From Candidatus Omnitrophota bacterium (GTDB taxonomy: Bacteria; Omnitrophota; Gorgyraeia; Gygaellales; Profunditerraquicolaceae): a DNA stretch of 64,000 nt. The stretch is taken from the NCBI GenBank assembly GCA_042570405.1, contig JBHPGR010000004.1:4474-68473 (forward strand), in the 5' to 3' direction. Under the pieces are notes generated by a model that worked only from the letters and a program-made list of their open reading frames with translations, did no database searches and was not told the DNA's origin. The position numbers and the translations under genes are program-made. This document shows positions 36,550 through 46,120 of this stretch, piece after piece (position 1 is the stretch's first letter; every line of letters starts with the position of its first letter).

Positions 36550-38469
36550 TCAGCCCTTCTTTGACTTATTATTCTTGGAACCTTCTGCCTCTTCGCGGTA
36601 ATATCTATACTTGTATTTGTGGTAATACGGATAAGGCGACAGCGTCTCGCTCTGAGGGGCAATATGGTTCAGGACTACCCCCAGCATCTTAGCGCCTACC
36701 GTCTGTAATTGCATTTTGGCGCGTAAAAGGGCATCCCGGGAGGTCCTGCCCATCTCGTAGCACAAAACTACACCGTCAAGCTTAGGGGCGAGCAGGCTGG
36801 CATCGGTCACCGGAAGTATCGGCGGGGAATCAAAAAAGACAAAATCAAAACGCTTCTTAAGTTCTTCGATCATGCCATGCATCTTCTCCGATTCTAAGAT
36901 CTCTGCGGGGTTATTCGGCAGCTGCCCGCTGGGAAGGACCGAGATATTGCCAAGGCCCGGGGACTTGATTATATGATCTACCCCGAGACTGCCCAGCATG
37001 ATATCCGTAACATTCCTTAAGGCATCCTCCAGCTTTACCGCTCCGATCAAGGCTTCACTAAGCCCGGGCTCCCTTTCTATGCCGAAAGTCTTAGCCAGGG
37101 CAGGCCGCCTGAGGTCAGTAGATACCAGGAGGGTCTTTGCCCCGGTTTGGGCAACGGTCAGCCCCAGGTTTACCAAGACCGTAGTCTTACCCTCACGGGG
37201 TGCGGCGCTGGTAACAAGGATGCTCCTTCTCGTTGGGCCAAGTTTAAGATTGGTGCGGATGTTCCGGAAGGCCTCAGACACGGGAGATGCAGACTCGTAA
37301 TGCGAGATCATGCGCACATAAATCTCGTCCTCAGGGTCTTTCTGCGAGGGGAAAAATCTATTTTTGACCCTGGTAAAGATATTACTTCCTCTGGCAATTT
37401 TATGGATTATGGAGGGAACTATCCCCAGGACCGGCAACTTTACTAATCCCTCTACATCTTCTATCGTACCGATCGATGTATCCATACTCTCCCTGACAAA
37501 GGCCAAAGCTATCCCCAGGATCAGCCCTAACAATGCTCCGATCATCATCCCGGTCTCTTTCTGGGTACCTATCGGCCCGCCGGGAAATACCGCAGGATTG
37601 ACTATAGAGACATCATTGATCCTCTGCGCTTCGGTTATCCGCGCCTCTTCCAGCTTCTCCTTAAGCATCATGTAAAGTTTCTTATTTACCTCTGCCTCGC
37701 GGCTAAGGCGCGAATACTCCAGCTCATTCCCTGAAAAACCCTTAAGCTGCATCTCCAGATCCTTGATCTGTCCGCTGACCTTCTTGACCAGGGGGTGCTT
37801 TTTAGTATACCTCTGTAAATAAGCAAGCAATTCGAATTGCAGATCCATCAATTTATCCTGGATCGCAGGAGTGATCCGGATATCTTCCACCTCATTACTT
37901 AAGGCCCTGAGCCTCTCCTCTACCTCCTTTAGCCTCCCCTCAAGAGACAATAGCTGCTCCTCGATGAATATACGTACAGTCCTGGACTCTTTATTCCTCT
38001 CCAGAAGATTCTCCTCTACATAGACCTCTGCCACGGTATTGGCCAGAAGCATCGCCCTCTCGGGGTCATTACTTACAGCCGTGATCCCGATGATATTAGT
38101 ATTCTTGACCGGCGTGGCGCTTATACCGCCAAGTCCCGCCACGGCAGCCTGGATTTTAGAGATAGGGTCGCCCTCTTCGGCCAGGCCTAAACGAAAGGCG
38201 ACTTTCTTTAGCACCGGGAATCCGGTGATCAGGGCGGACGCAGAATGCATTACATTCCCGGGGATATACATGATTGATTCGGTCAGCAGGCCGGCGATAG
38301 TCTTACGCTCCGCTATCTTGATCGTGGCCCTGGCTTCATACATCGGGATCTGGCGCGAAGAATAACGATAACTCAAAACGGCGATCACCACAAAGGTAAA
38401 CAAGATCACCAGCTTTCTCTTGCGGAGAATACGTACGTAATCCTTTAAATTCAACTCATACTGCGCCAA
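36550..38469 (-). CDS. Polysaccharide co-polymerase (Wzz domain) fused to BY-kinase (tyrosine autokinase)
   Basis: N-terminal Wzz/GNVR region, coiled-coil and a second TM helix. Walker A is SAAPREGKTT, and the C-terminal tail is Tyr-rich (YPYYHKYKYRYY). Confidence 0.85.
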   Translation of the reverse strand: MAQYELNLKDYVRILRKRKLVILFTFVVIAVLSYRYSSRQIPMYEARATIKIAERKTIAGLLTESIMYIPGNVMHSASALITGFPVLKKVAFRLGLAEEGDPISKIQAAVAGLGGISATPVKNTNIIGITAVSNDPERAMLLANTVAEVYVEENLLERNKESRTVRIFIEEQLLSLEGRLKEVEERLRALSNEVEDIRITPAIQDKLMDLQFELLAYLQRYTKKHPLVKKVSGQIKDLEMQLKGFSGNELEYSRLSREAEVNKKLYMMLKEKLEEARITEAQRINDVSIVNPAVFPGGPIGTQKETGMMIGALLGLILGIALAFVRESMDTSIGTIEDVEGLVKLPVLGIVPSIIHKIARGSNIFTRVKNRFFPSQKDPEDEIYVRMISHYESASPVSEAFRNIRTNLKLGPTRRSILVTSAAPREGKTTVLVNLGLTVAQTGAKTLLVSTDLRRPALAKTFGIEREPGLSEALIGAVKLEDALRNVTDIMLGSLGVDHIIKSPGLGNISVLPSGQLPNNPAEILESEKMHGMIEELKKRFDFVFFDSPPILPVTDASLLAPKLDGVVLCYEMGRTSRDALLRAKMQLQTVGAKMLGVVLNHIAPQSETLSPYPYYHKYKYRYYREEAEGSKNNKSKKG

Positions 38470-38498
38470 TGAGAACCTCTTCTTTTTTTACGGTTATC

Positions 38499-39458
38499 CT
38501 ACCAGCGCTGATCCCTTAACCCCTGCAAAGTATAAGTATCCTGCGCGCCGCTGGATATCGGGCTGATCACCTGACTTATAAAATAATTCAGATTGGCGAT
38601 GAACTTCTTAGGCACGTAGACTATATCCTGTGCATTCAAAACCAGGTTCTGGGACATATCCGCCCTCATGATCGCCCGGTTTAAGTTCACCCTCACTCCC
38701 TTAGGCTCTCTAAGCCCGCCCTGGATGACGATCACGCTGGAGAGCACCGCATCGTCAGTAAAGCCTCCTGCCAGGGCGATCGCCTCCAAAACCGTGGGAC
38801 GGCCGGGAAGAGAATACGCCGCCGGAAAATTCACCTCGCCCAGGATCACTACCTTCAGGCCGCCGAATTTCTTGATCAATACCGATACCTCAGGATACTT
38901 GATATATTCTTTCAGCCTTTCGGTGAGCTCTAGATCTAATCGGGTCAGGGTCGATCCCGCAGCTACCAGATCCCCCACTAACGGAAAAGAGATCACCCCG
39001 TCCGGACGCACGATCACTTCCTCATCCAGCTCCTCCTGCCAGACAGAAATATCCAAAACATCGCCTGGGCCGATGACGTATTCTAAGACCTTCGGGACCT
39101 CGGGGGCATCGGTGTCTTCTTCGCTGATCAGTTTTGGTTTTTCTGTTTCCGGTATGCTCTTAGGATTGGTTTCGGGTGCGGCCTGCCCGGAGATCTGCTC
39201 ATCCTGGCCTCTGGAGGCAGCGGAAAGGGTGGCTTCCTGTAATTTACCCCGCACCTCGCTCTCTAATTGAGCCGAATTCCCGCCCGACTGGGAGAGTACC
39301 GAGAGTGACTTCTTAAACTCCCGTTCTGCTTTTTTATACTCTCCCTGATTATAGAAGCGCTGCCCCCTTTCATAGTAACGGTCTGCATCGGAGGGAAGCT
39401 CCTGGCTGAATCCCGGTACGCGCAGGCAAAGGAGAAAAGATAAAAGCAAAAGGATCAA
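38499..39458 (-). CDS. Polysaccharide export protein (Wza-like Poly_export plus SLBB) with N-terminal TPR-like segment
   Basis: YVIGPGDVLDISVW...VRPDG.ISFPLVG is the Poly_export signature. The start is uncertain: TTG in the track, or an in-frame ATC at 39486-39488 five nt after GGAGG. Confidence 0.75.
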   Translation of the reverse strand: MILLLLSFLLCLRVPGFSQELPSDADRYYERGQRFYNQGEYKKAEREFKKSLSVLSQSGGNSAQLESEVRGKLQEATLSAASRGQDEQISGQAAPETNPKSIPETEKPKLISEEDTDAPEVPKVLEYVIGPGDVLDISVWQEELDEEVIVRPDGVISFPLVGDLVAAGSTLTRLDLELTERLKEYIKYPEVSVLIKKFGGLKVVILGEVNFPAAYSLPGRPTVLEAIALAGGFTDDAVLSSVIVIQGGLREPKGVRVNLNRAIMRADMSQNLVLNAQDIVYVPKKFIANLNYFISQVISPISSGAQDTYTLQGLRDQRW

Positions 39459-39553
39459 GAAAATTCGCCTTGTATGCGGATTTTCGATATTAACCTCCGT
39501 TTTGTTAAAACCCTGCTAAGACATTGCCAAAGTTAAAGTTATACTTTATATAT

Positions 39554-39582
39554 ATAATAAAAGATTAACCCGTAAATGTCAA
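39554..39582 (-). promoter_or_regulatory. Sigma70-type promoter candidate TTGACA-N17-TATTAT for the Wza/BY-kinase operon
   Basis: Hexamers read on the reverse strand: -35 at 39577-39582 and -10 at 39554-39559. Confidence 0.4.
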
Positions 39583-39605
39583 GGATTAAGCTCAAGCTTT
39601 TCCCT

Positions 39606-41384
39606 TCACCGCAACTGCGCCTCTTCTCTGCTAAAGATCCCCTCCTGGCCGCTGAAAAGCCGGCTAAATTCGCTGTTTTTCCCCTTTAGATCCTGCGGCT
39701 TACCCACGATCATCTCGCCCGGCCTGAAGAAGCAATAGGCCAGGCCTGCTTTCATCACCGTAGATAAGCGGTGGGATACGGTAATTAATGTTAGAGCTTC
39801 TTGCGAACTCTTTATATTGGAGATAATCTTCTCCTCGCTAGCAGAATCCATCGAAGACATCGCTTCATCAAGGATCAGGATCTTGGGCTGTTTGATCAGG
39901 GCGCGGGCGATGGCGATCTTCTGCTTCTGCCCTTCAGAGATCTTACAGGCATCTTCACCGATCACGGTCTGATAGCCTTGCGGCAGAATCCGGGTGAATT
40001 CATCTACGCCTGCTATCTCTGCTACCTTGAGTATCTCGTCTTTCGTGGCTCTGGGTTTGGCGTAGCTGATATTATTCTCTATAGTATCGTTCCACAGTAA
40101 TGCCTCCTGTAGGGCAAAGCCTATTTGGCCCTTTAGGCAACGAAACTTTAAATCCTTGATATTATGCCCGTCGATTAAAATCTCACCCTCCCAGGGGTCA
40201 TAGAGCCTGGCGATTAAATTCAAAAGCGTGGTCTTGCCGCAACCCGAAGGCCCGGCAATAGCAATATGGCTTCCTCCCTCAATAGAAAAAGACATCTTCT
40301 TTAAGATCAGTTCTTGGGGCTTATACCCGAAATTGACATTACTAAAGGATACCTGTCCTTTTGTAAAGAGTATATTTTTTGCTCCCTTTGCCTCTCTGAC
40401 CTTGGGCTTCTGGTCTAAAACCTCAGCAATCCTGCGGCAGGAGACCAAACCGATGGTAACGGTATGGAAGAAAGAGGCGAATTGGTTCTGCAGGCCGATT
40501 AACTGATACAAGTAAATCATAATCGCTGCCAGGCTGCCTATGGTTAGTTGCCCCTTGATCACCTGATATCCGCCGTAAAGGCTGAGCAGGCCGATAATCG
40601 CCTTGGTAGTTACTTGGATGATCGTCGAATTAATCATCCCCATCCTAACCGTCTTGACATTTATGCGTATATTTACAATTACCTTCTTAAGATACTCCCT
40701 GATACTACTGATCTCTTTTCCGAAGACCTTGATTAATTTGATGTGTGAAAGCGTCTCATCTAAATTAGTGAATATGCTCTCGGAATTTCTCAAAAGGCTC
40801 TCATAGACCTTTTTTATCTTTCGGCTAAAATAGTAAGGCGGGATATATAAAACCGGAGCCAGGCACAAGGCAACCAGAGCCATCCTCCACTGAAGATAAA
40901 ATACGATGACTAAAATAAAGAGCAACTTGGTGAATATAAAAAACGCCTGGGGCAAAGTATTAGTGATAAATCCGGTGATCGCGCTTAAATCGTTCTCTAT
41001 CTTATAGATCTGTTCTCCGGTGGATTGCTCGAGAAACCAACTAAAGGAGAGATTCTGGGTATGCTTAAACAACTTTTTCTGTAGGTCAAAATTTACCCTT
41101 CTTTTGATATACTGCTCTAAAAATTGCTTTGTCACCGCCAGCAGCTCGTTGATTAAAAAAATACCTCCTGCAATAAGGCCGAGTAAAATAAATCTTCTTA
41201 AGTCTTTATTCAGGAACCCTTGGTCAATCACGAGTTTGGTTAGATACGGATTAAGCAGGGCAAGCAGGGCCGTAGCATTACTTAAGATAATTATCACCAG
41301 CCACTTTTTGCGGTAGGGGAAAAGGTGCTTGAGAAACCTAAGGATCAAATTGATCTGCGCCTTAAACATCTGTTTTCTTTTCAA
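39606..41384 (-). CDS. ABC exporter, fused permease and ATPase (MsbA/bacteriocin-exporter type), no C39 peptidase domain
   Basis: Six TM helices, then Walker A GPSGCGKTT, signature ISEGQKQKIAIARAL and Walker B ILILDEA. Confidence 0.85.
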   Translation of the reverse strand: MKRKQMFKAQINLILRFLKHLFPYRKKWLVIIILSNATALLALLNPYLTKLVIDQGFLNKDLRRFILLGLIAGGIFLINELLAVTKQFLEQYIKRRVNFDLQKKLFKHTQNLSFSWFLEQSTGEQIYKIENDLSAITGFITNTLPQAFFIFTKLLFILVIVFYLQWRMALVALCLAPVLYIPPYYFSRKIKKVYESLLRNSESIFTNLDETLSHIKLIKVFGKEISSIREYLKKVIVNIRINVKTVRMGMINSTIIQVTTKAIIGLLSLYGGYQVIKGQLTIGSLAAIMIYLYQLIGLQNQFASFFHTVTIGLVSCRRIAEVLDQKPKVREAKGAKNILFTKGQVSFSNVNFGYKPQELILKKMSFSIEGGSHIAIAGPSGCGKTTLLNLIARLYDPWEGEILIDGHNIKDLKFRCLKGQIGFALQEALLWNDTIENNISYAKPRATKDEILKVAEIAGVDEFTRILPQGYQTVIGEDACKISEGQKQKIAIARALIKQPKILILDEAMSSMDSASEEKIISNIKSSQEALTLITVSHRLSTVMKAGLAYCFFRPGEMIVGKPQDLKGKNSEFSRLFSGQEGIFSREEAQLR

Positions 41385-42432
41385 TCATCCTCTGCAGCCG
41401 GGCCAATTCACAGTAATATTCTATGGGCTCCTCCTCTTTATCCTTCTCTAGATATGCCCTTCCCGGACACCAATTACATAATCTCTTTAGACTACAATCC
41501 CTGCATGCCGAATCGGTTAAAAAGCTCTTTTCTCTTACCTGAGATATTAATCCATCTAAAGCATATCCCAGATCCGTTTTAAGCAGATTAAAATCCGTTT
41601 TGCGCATCAGGTTGCAAAGGAAGATATTCCCCAAAGGGTCGATATGAAAACCATCCCCGCCTCCGATGGCGCAGGTAAATAAGTTAACGGTGGGGGGGTG
41701 GGGGTTGGAATCCTGTAATCGCCAATCATCGCAAGCTGATAGCCGTCTATCATCTGCGTCTAAACCCAAAATCTCTTTTGGTGAAATCCTTAAATTACAG
41801 GGAGTTTTGTCGCCGTTAAGCCGCGGATACAAAATATGGCTGGGCCTAAACTCTAAGCCTAAACCCTCGACAAGCTTCTTGATCTTAGTCAACTCTTCTA
41901 AATTATCCTTGGTGACCTGGGTCTTGATTTTCAAGGGGATTCTTTCTTTTATAAGCAAATTAATCCCCTTCATGAGCCTTAAAAAAGAACCTTTAACCCC
42001 GGAGATCTTCTCATATAGTTGCTCGGTAACCGCGTTCAAGGTCAGCTCAATCACAAAGGGAGGTTTGCTTTTCAAAAATTTAACTATTTTCTTATCTAAT
42101 AAATAGCCGCTGGTAAAGACACTGACAATAAAACCTTTTTGCTTAGCATAAGAATAGATCTCCAAGAAATCAGCCCGCGCCAGGGGATCCCCTCCGGTCA
42201 GGCAGAGCCAGATTACCCCGGCCTGATAAACCTTATCTAAAATAGTTTTTACTTCCTGAGTCTTAAGTTCTTCTTTAAAATAGGCAGGCTGATTATAGCA
42301 ACCTGTGTAGCAATGTCGGCAGTACAGGGGGCATCTAAAGGTCAGCTCAAACTGGCAGACATTGGATCTTTTGATGCGCAAGTTTTTCTTATGCGTCCTT
42401 AAACTAAAAATTCTATATTGGATTTCTTTCAT
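41362..42432 (-). CDS. Radical SAM/SPASM domain peptide-maturase-like enzyme (paralog 3)
   Basis: FRCPLYCRHCY is the CxxxCxxC motif and the C-terminal Cys cluster is CRDCSLKRLCNWCPGRA. Start moved to MKEIQY, which gives the same N-terminal length as the two paralogs and removes a 104-nt overlap. Confidence 0.8.
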   Translation of the reverse strand: MKEIQYRIFSLRTHKKNLRIKRSNVCQFELTFRCPLYCRHCYTGCYNQPAYFKEELKTQEVKTILDKVYQAGVIWLCLTGGDPLARADFLEIYSYAKQKGFIVSVFTSGYLLDKKIVKFLKSKPPFVIELTLNAVTEQLYEKISGVKGSFLRLMKGINLLIKERIPLKIKTQVTKDNLEELTKIKKLVEGLGLEFRPSHILYPRLNGDKTPCNLRISPKEILGLDADDRRLSACDDWRLQDSNPHPPTVNLFTCAIGGGDGFHIDPLGNIFLCNLMRKTDFNLLKTDLGYALDGLISQVREKSFLTDSACRDCSLKRLCNWCPGRAYLEKDKEEEPIEYYCELARLQRMIEKKTDV

Positions 42433-42445
42433 ATTCACAGGGCTT

Positions 42446-44065
42446 TTATAAAAGTGGCTTGCTTCTCGGGATGAGGTCCGGGGGTTGCTGGCCAACAATG
42501 TCAACAATTGTTCTATGTTTTTTAAAGGAATATTCAAGGATTTTATCATAAATTTTAAGCATCTTTATCGCTTTAGGTTTATCTATATTTCCCAGGGTAT
42601 GTTTAAACGGATAAAAAAATCTGAAGGGCAGTCTTTTATCATAAATAATCTCTATACCATAATTTCCCGGGTTTAAGAATGCGGGGTTTTTAGGGACCTG
42701 ATAATATACATTGAAGATGCCGCAATCTGTGTTTAGTGCTTTTGAATGGTTTGCCAGGAAAGAAATCGTATCAAATGCCTCTTCAACAGTTTCAGAGGGC
42801 AGGGCGATTATCGATTGAAAATAAACATTTAATTTCAAATTACGGCTATCTTTTATAATCCTTTTGATCACCTCTACCCTGGTTCCCTTGCCTATAAAAT
42901 CAAGGACCCTTTGGTTTATGGATTCCAAACCAAATCCCAGCATCGAACAGCCTGCCCGCTTGGCTAAGCTAAGGGTCTCTTTATCAAATCCATCGTCAAA
43001 ACGCGCCCAGGCCCACCAAGATAGCTTTATCTTTTCTTTTAAGATTTTCTTTGATATTTGCCTCATTTGTGATGGAGAAAATACGGCATTTGATATCATC
43101 AGATGTCTTATCCGATATTTTCTAATGAGTTTTTTTATATCTTTTATAACCAGGCCCGGCGATTTCTCCCTGTATCTTGATTTAGGCAGCGGCAAATCCA
43201 CGCAAAATATGCATTTATTCCAGTAACAACCGCGTGAAGTTTCAAAGGAAGCGGTTAGTTTTCTTTTTGAATTAAAGTATTTTCTAAGATTTAAGCCGTC
43301 GAAGTCCGGGGCGGGAAGCATGTCCATATCTTCTTGGGTGATTCTTGAGCTAAGCTTCCAACTCCCCTTATCTTGATAGATGAGATTTGGGACCCTGGAT
43401 AACGCCTTATTATTTCTAATCGCATTTATCAGCTTAAATAGCGGTGTTTCGCCTTCAAAATAAATAAGGTAGTCATAAAAACTATTAAAATCATTTCTTT
43501 TTTGAAGTTCTTCGCGATAGTAGGAAACCCACTGCCCTCCAATGACTATTTTTGTTTCGGGGAAATATTTCTTAATCAAATATCCGAAGGTGAAGCTCGC
43601 CATGACCTGAGAAGGGCAGATTATTGAAAATCCTATAAGAGAAAAATCTTGCTTTTTTATTTTTAGGAAAACCTGTTTATAAAAAAAATCAACAAAGGGG
43701 TTTTCTTTTTGATCAGCGATGTAACGATGCAGAAATTTTGCTGAAAGCATCATTTCCGTAAAGGCAAAAGACGAGCCCGGATTAACCTCGAAATCATAAT
43801 CAGACGAAATTTCTGCTCCTTTATATTGTAAGATTTTATGATAATAAACCTTTTTTTTAATTTTATTCTTCCTATATCCTGAAGTAAATATCTTCTCCAG
43901 CCTATTTTTTTTTATATAATCAAAATAACATATATTAAGATCGCCCTGCGCTACATTTATTCCTTTTGACTTTAAAAAACCGGCAAGGGCAGGAGTCCCT
44001 AAGGGCGGAACAGCTCTGTCGTAAGTAGGGGGAATAAATAGAGCTATTTTTTCTTCTTTGGCCAT
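42446..44065 (-). CDS. B12-binding domain radical SAM protein
   Basis: N-terminal Rossmann-like B12-binding region plus RGCYWNKCIFC (CxxxCxxC). Confidence 0.8.
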   Translation of the reverse strand: MAKEEKIALFIPPTYDRAVPPLGTPALAGFLKSKGINVAQGDLNICYFDYIKKNRLEKIFTSGYRKNKIKKKVYYHKILQYKGAEISSDYDFEVNPGSSFAFTEMMLSAKFLHRYIADQKENPFVDFFYKQVFLKIKKQDFSLIGFSIICPSQVMASFTFGYLIKKYFPETKIVIGGQWVSYYREELQKRNDFNSFYDYLIYFEGETPLFKLINAIRNNKALSRVPNLIYQDKGSWKLSSRITQEDMDMLPAPDFDGLNLRKYFNSKRKLTASFETSRGCYWNKCIFCVDLPLPKSRYREKSPGLVIKDIKKLIRKYRIRHLMISNAVFSPSQMRQISKKILKEKIKLSWWAWARFDDGFDKETLSLAKRAGCSMLGFGLESINQRVLDFIGKGTRVEVIKRIIKDSRNLKLNVYFQSIIALPSETVEEAFDTISFLANHSKALNTDCGIFNVYYQVPKNPAFLNPGNYGIEIIYDKRLPFRFFYPFKHTLGNIDKPKAIKMLKIYDKILEYSFKKHRTIVDIVGQQPPDLIPRSKPLL

Positions 44066-44075
44066 TATTTTCTTA

Positions 44076-45005
44076 TCAGAGCTTTCTTACAAAACTTATA
44101 ATCTTTTTATTATTCAGAAACCCCAGATTATAACAGTTTACTTCTTTAAGCAAATCCTGACAAAAGGAAACTATATTCTCTAAATTCTGCTTATCCCAGA
44201 AAGTAGGAAAAAGTGCAGGATAAAGCTGATTAAAGGCCGCTTTTTGAGAGATCTGTCTTGTATTATTATTTGGGGAGTGGTGAATAAAAAACAGTCTTTC
44301 AAGCGGGGCTGCCTCCATCTTTGAGTAAAGATAATCGCTGAAATCACCGTACCAGGGACAACCATAGATAAAATATCTGCCGTTAAGCCTGCGCACAATA
44401 ATCCGGTCGTCATTTAAGATCATTGCCCGGCTGAACCGGTTCCAGATCCTGGCAGTGGTAGATTTTCCTGCGCCGGATTTCCCGGCGAAGAGCAGGCCCC
44501 TGCCGTTAATATCTTTTAATCCTATCCCGTGCACAATGATCCCCTTTTTGTGCAGGGCTAAATAGCTGATTAAAAGCACCTGGATAAAATCATAAATCAG
44601 ATCATCCGGCCTCCAGGCCTTGCCTTTTTCATCCTTAGGTATAAGATAGGCAGTTACTCGGTCAAAATTTTTATTTACCAGCATCAGTTGTTGCTTGCTT
44701 TTTAAAGGACTTTTATAGATGTAGCTATCGCGTTTTTTAAGTAAGCGCCAGTTTTCGTTGCCGTCCTGAAAGTGTCGGGTAATGAATATCGGCTTTGCAT
44801 TCTGTACTTTGGGTAATTGATCCACTATCTTTACCTTGATTCTGATCTGCGGTCTTGCTCTGCCGTGATAGAAAAAGTTTTTAAAACGCTCGGGGATACG
44901 CTGCCTCTCTTCCTTTTTGGTGTAGGGCTTGAGCCTAAACTTACTTTGCATCCGGATGATGATATCGGAAATCTTCAGCCTCACTGTCACATTCTTCATT
45001 TTCAT
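44076..45005 (-). CDS. HPr kinase-related P-loop protein (HprK C-terminal-domain-like)
   Basis: GIIVHGIGLKDINGRGLLFAGKSGAGKSTTA. Start moved to MKMKNV because the 17 upstream codons in the track are the heptamer repeat array. Confidence 0.6.
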   Translation of the reverse strand: MKMKNVTVRLKISDIIIRMQSKFRLKPYTKKEERQRIPERFKNFFYHGRARPQIRIKVKIVDQLPKVQNAKPIFITRHFQDGNENWRLLKKRDSYIYKSPLKSKQQLMLVNKNFDRVTAYLIPKDEKGKAWRPDDLIYDFIQVLLISYLALHKKGIIVHGIGLKDINGRGLLFAGKSGAGKSTTARIWNRFSRAMILNDDRIIVRRLNGRYFIYGCPWYGDFSDYLYSKMEAAPLERLFFIHHSPNNNTRQISQKAAFNQLYPALFPTFWDKQNLENIVSFCQDLLKEVNCYNLGFLNNKKIISFVRKL

Positions 45006-45014
45006 ATGCCTTAT

Positions 45015-45045
45015 ACTTACGACTGAAAACTTACGACTTACGACT
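45015..45045. repeat. Heptamer array A (acttacg act gaaa acttacg acttacg act), solo arm
   Basis: Read directly from the sequence. It overlaps the last codons (SRKS*) of the 45031-46083 gene. Confidence 0.8.
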
Positions 45046-46083
45046 GAATAAGTCACTCACTAGCTGCGCCTTAGCGCGGCTCTCAGGTGCACAGGAAGTA
45101 AAGCTGCGGTTATAAAGCCAACTCCTTGCCGGGCAACGTTTACAATAAGCTTTCAGGCTGCAACTGCTGCATTGATAATCCTTATCTAGCGCGATACCTC
45201 TCTGGAATCTATTTAATCTCTGCCAGCATTCTTTTAAAGAAGACTCCAATATATTATATCTGGGATGATCGATCATCAGGCATAGCTTCAATTCTCCCTG
45301 AGGGGTAATTGCTGCCTGGGTCAAACCTGCCCCACAGGCAAATAGATTGCCGTTATTATTTTCGTAGCCTGTGATTTTTAAATCACAAGCGTCAGAAAAA
45401 TCCTCTTTCAGCCCTGATTGTTTTACCATTCTGGCTATAGTCTTGCCTCTATAACGATACGGCTCTTCAGAACCATCCAGGCGCCGGAAAAGTGAATCAT
45501 CCAATCGGTGCGGGGCGCCTAAGGAGGTAGAAAAATCTTCGATTTCTTTGATCTCGGATGCGTTATCTTTCAAGACGCAGGTCTTAAACCCTAAATTGAC
45601 CCTGTTTTTGTGTAAAATATCAATGGTTTTAAATACACGATTACGGGAACCTGCGACACCGCTAATACGTTCAAAACTCTTTTTTCTCATTGCCGGAATA
45701 GTAATATCCAGCTTATTTATTTTTAAGCGATGTAACTCTTGAGCGATCCCTTGATTAATCAGTGAGCCATTAGTATATACGATCATCTGGAAGCCCTTTT
45801 CTCTGGCATAGCGCAATATCTCTATTATATCATTTCTAATAAAGGGTTCGCCTCCGGTAAAACCTAAATAAAAACAACCTATATCTTTCAACTGGTCTAA
45901 AATAGAGAATATCTCCTTAGTCTTAAGTCCTCCTTTTCTTCTATAGCTTTGCGGCAGATAACAGTGTTTACACTTAAAATTACACCTGTAGGTGAGCTCA
46001 AACATTACCCGCAGCGGGAAGTTTTCTTCCTTTGCGGAATCGTGGATCTGCTTCCAGAAACTATTATACGATCGAGTTCTCAT
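45031..46083 (-). CDS. Radical SAM/SPASM domain peptide-maturase-like enzyme (paralog 2)
   Basis: YRCNFKCKHCY, and C-terminal CSSCSLKAYCKRCPARS. Confidence 0.8.
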   Translation of the reverse strand: MRTRSYNSFWKQIHDSAKEENFPLRVMFELTYRCNFKCKHCYLPQSYRRKGGLKTKEIFSILDQLKDIGCFYLGFTGGEPFIRNDIIEILRYAREKGFQMIVYTNGSLINQGIAQELHRLKINKLDITIPAMRKKSFERISGVAGSRNRVFKTIDILHKNRVNLGFKTCVLKDNASEIKEIEDFSTSLGAPHRLDDSLFRRLDGSEEPYRYRGKTIARMVKQSGLKEDFSDACDLKITGYENNNGNLFACGAGLTQAAITPQGELKLCLMIDHPRYNILESSLKECWQRLNRFQRGIALDKDYQCSSCSLKAYCKRCPARSWLYNRSFTSCAPESRAKAQLVSDLFSRKS

Positions 46084-46089
46084 TATTTT

Positions 46090-46120
46090 AGTCGTAAGTT
46101 ATAAGTCGTAAGTTGTAAGT
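46090..46120. repeat. Heptamer array B (agt cgtaagt tataagt cgtaagt tgtaagt), inverted partner of array C
   Basis: Read directly from the sequence. By hand alignment 27 of 31 positions match the reverse complement of 46471-46501. Confidence 0.85.
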
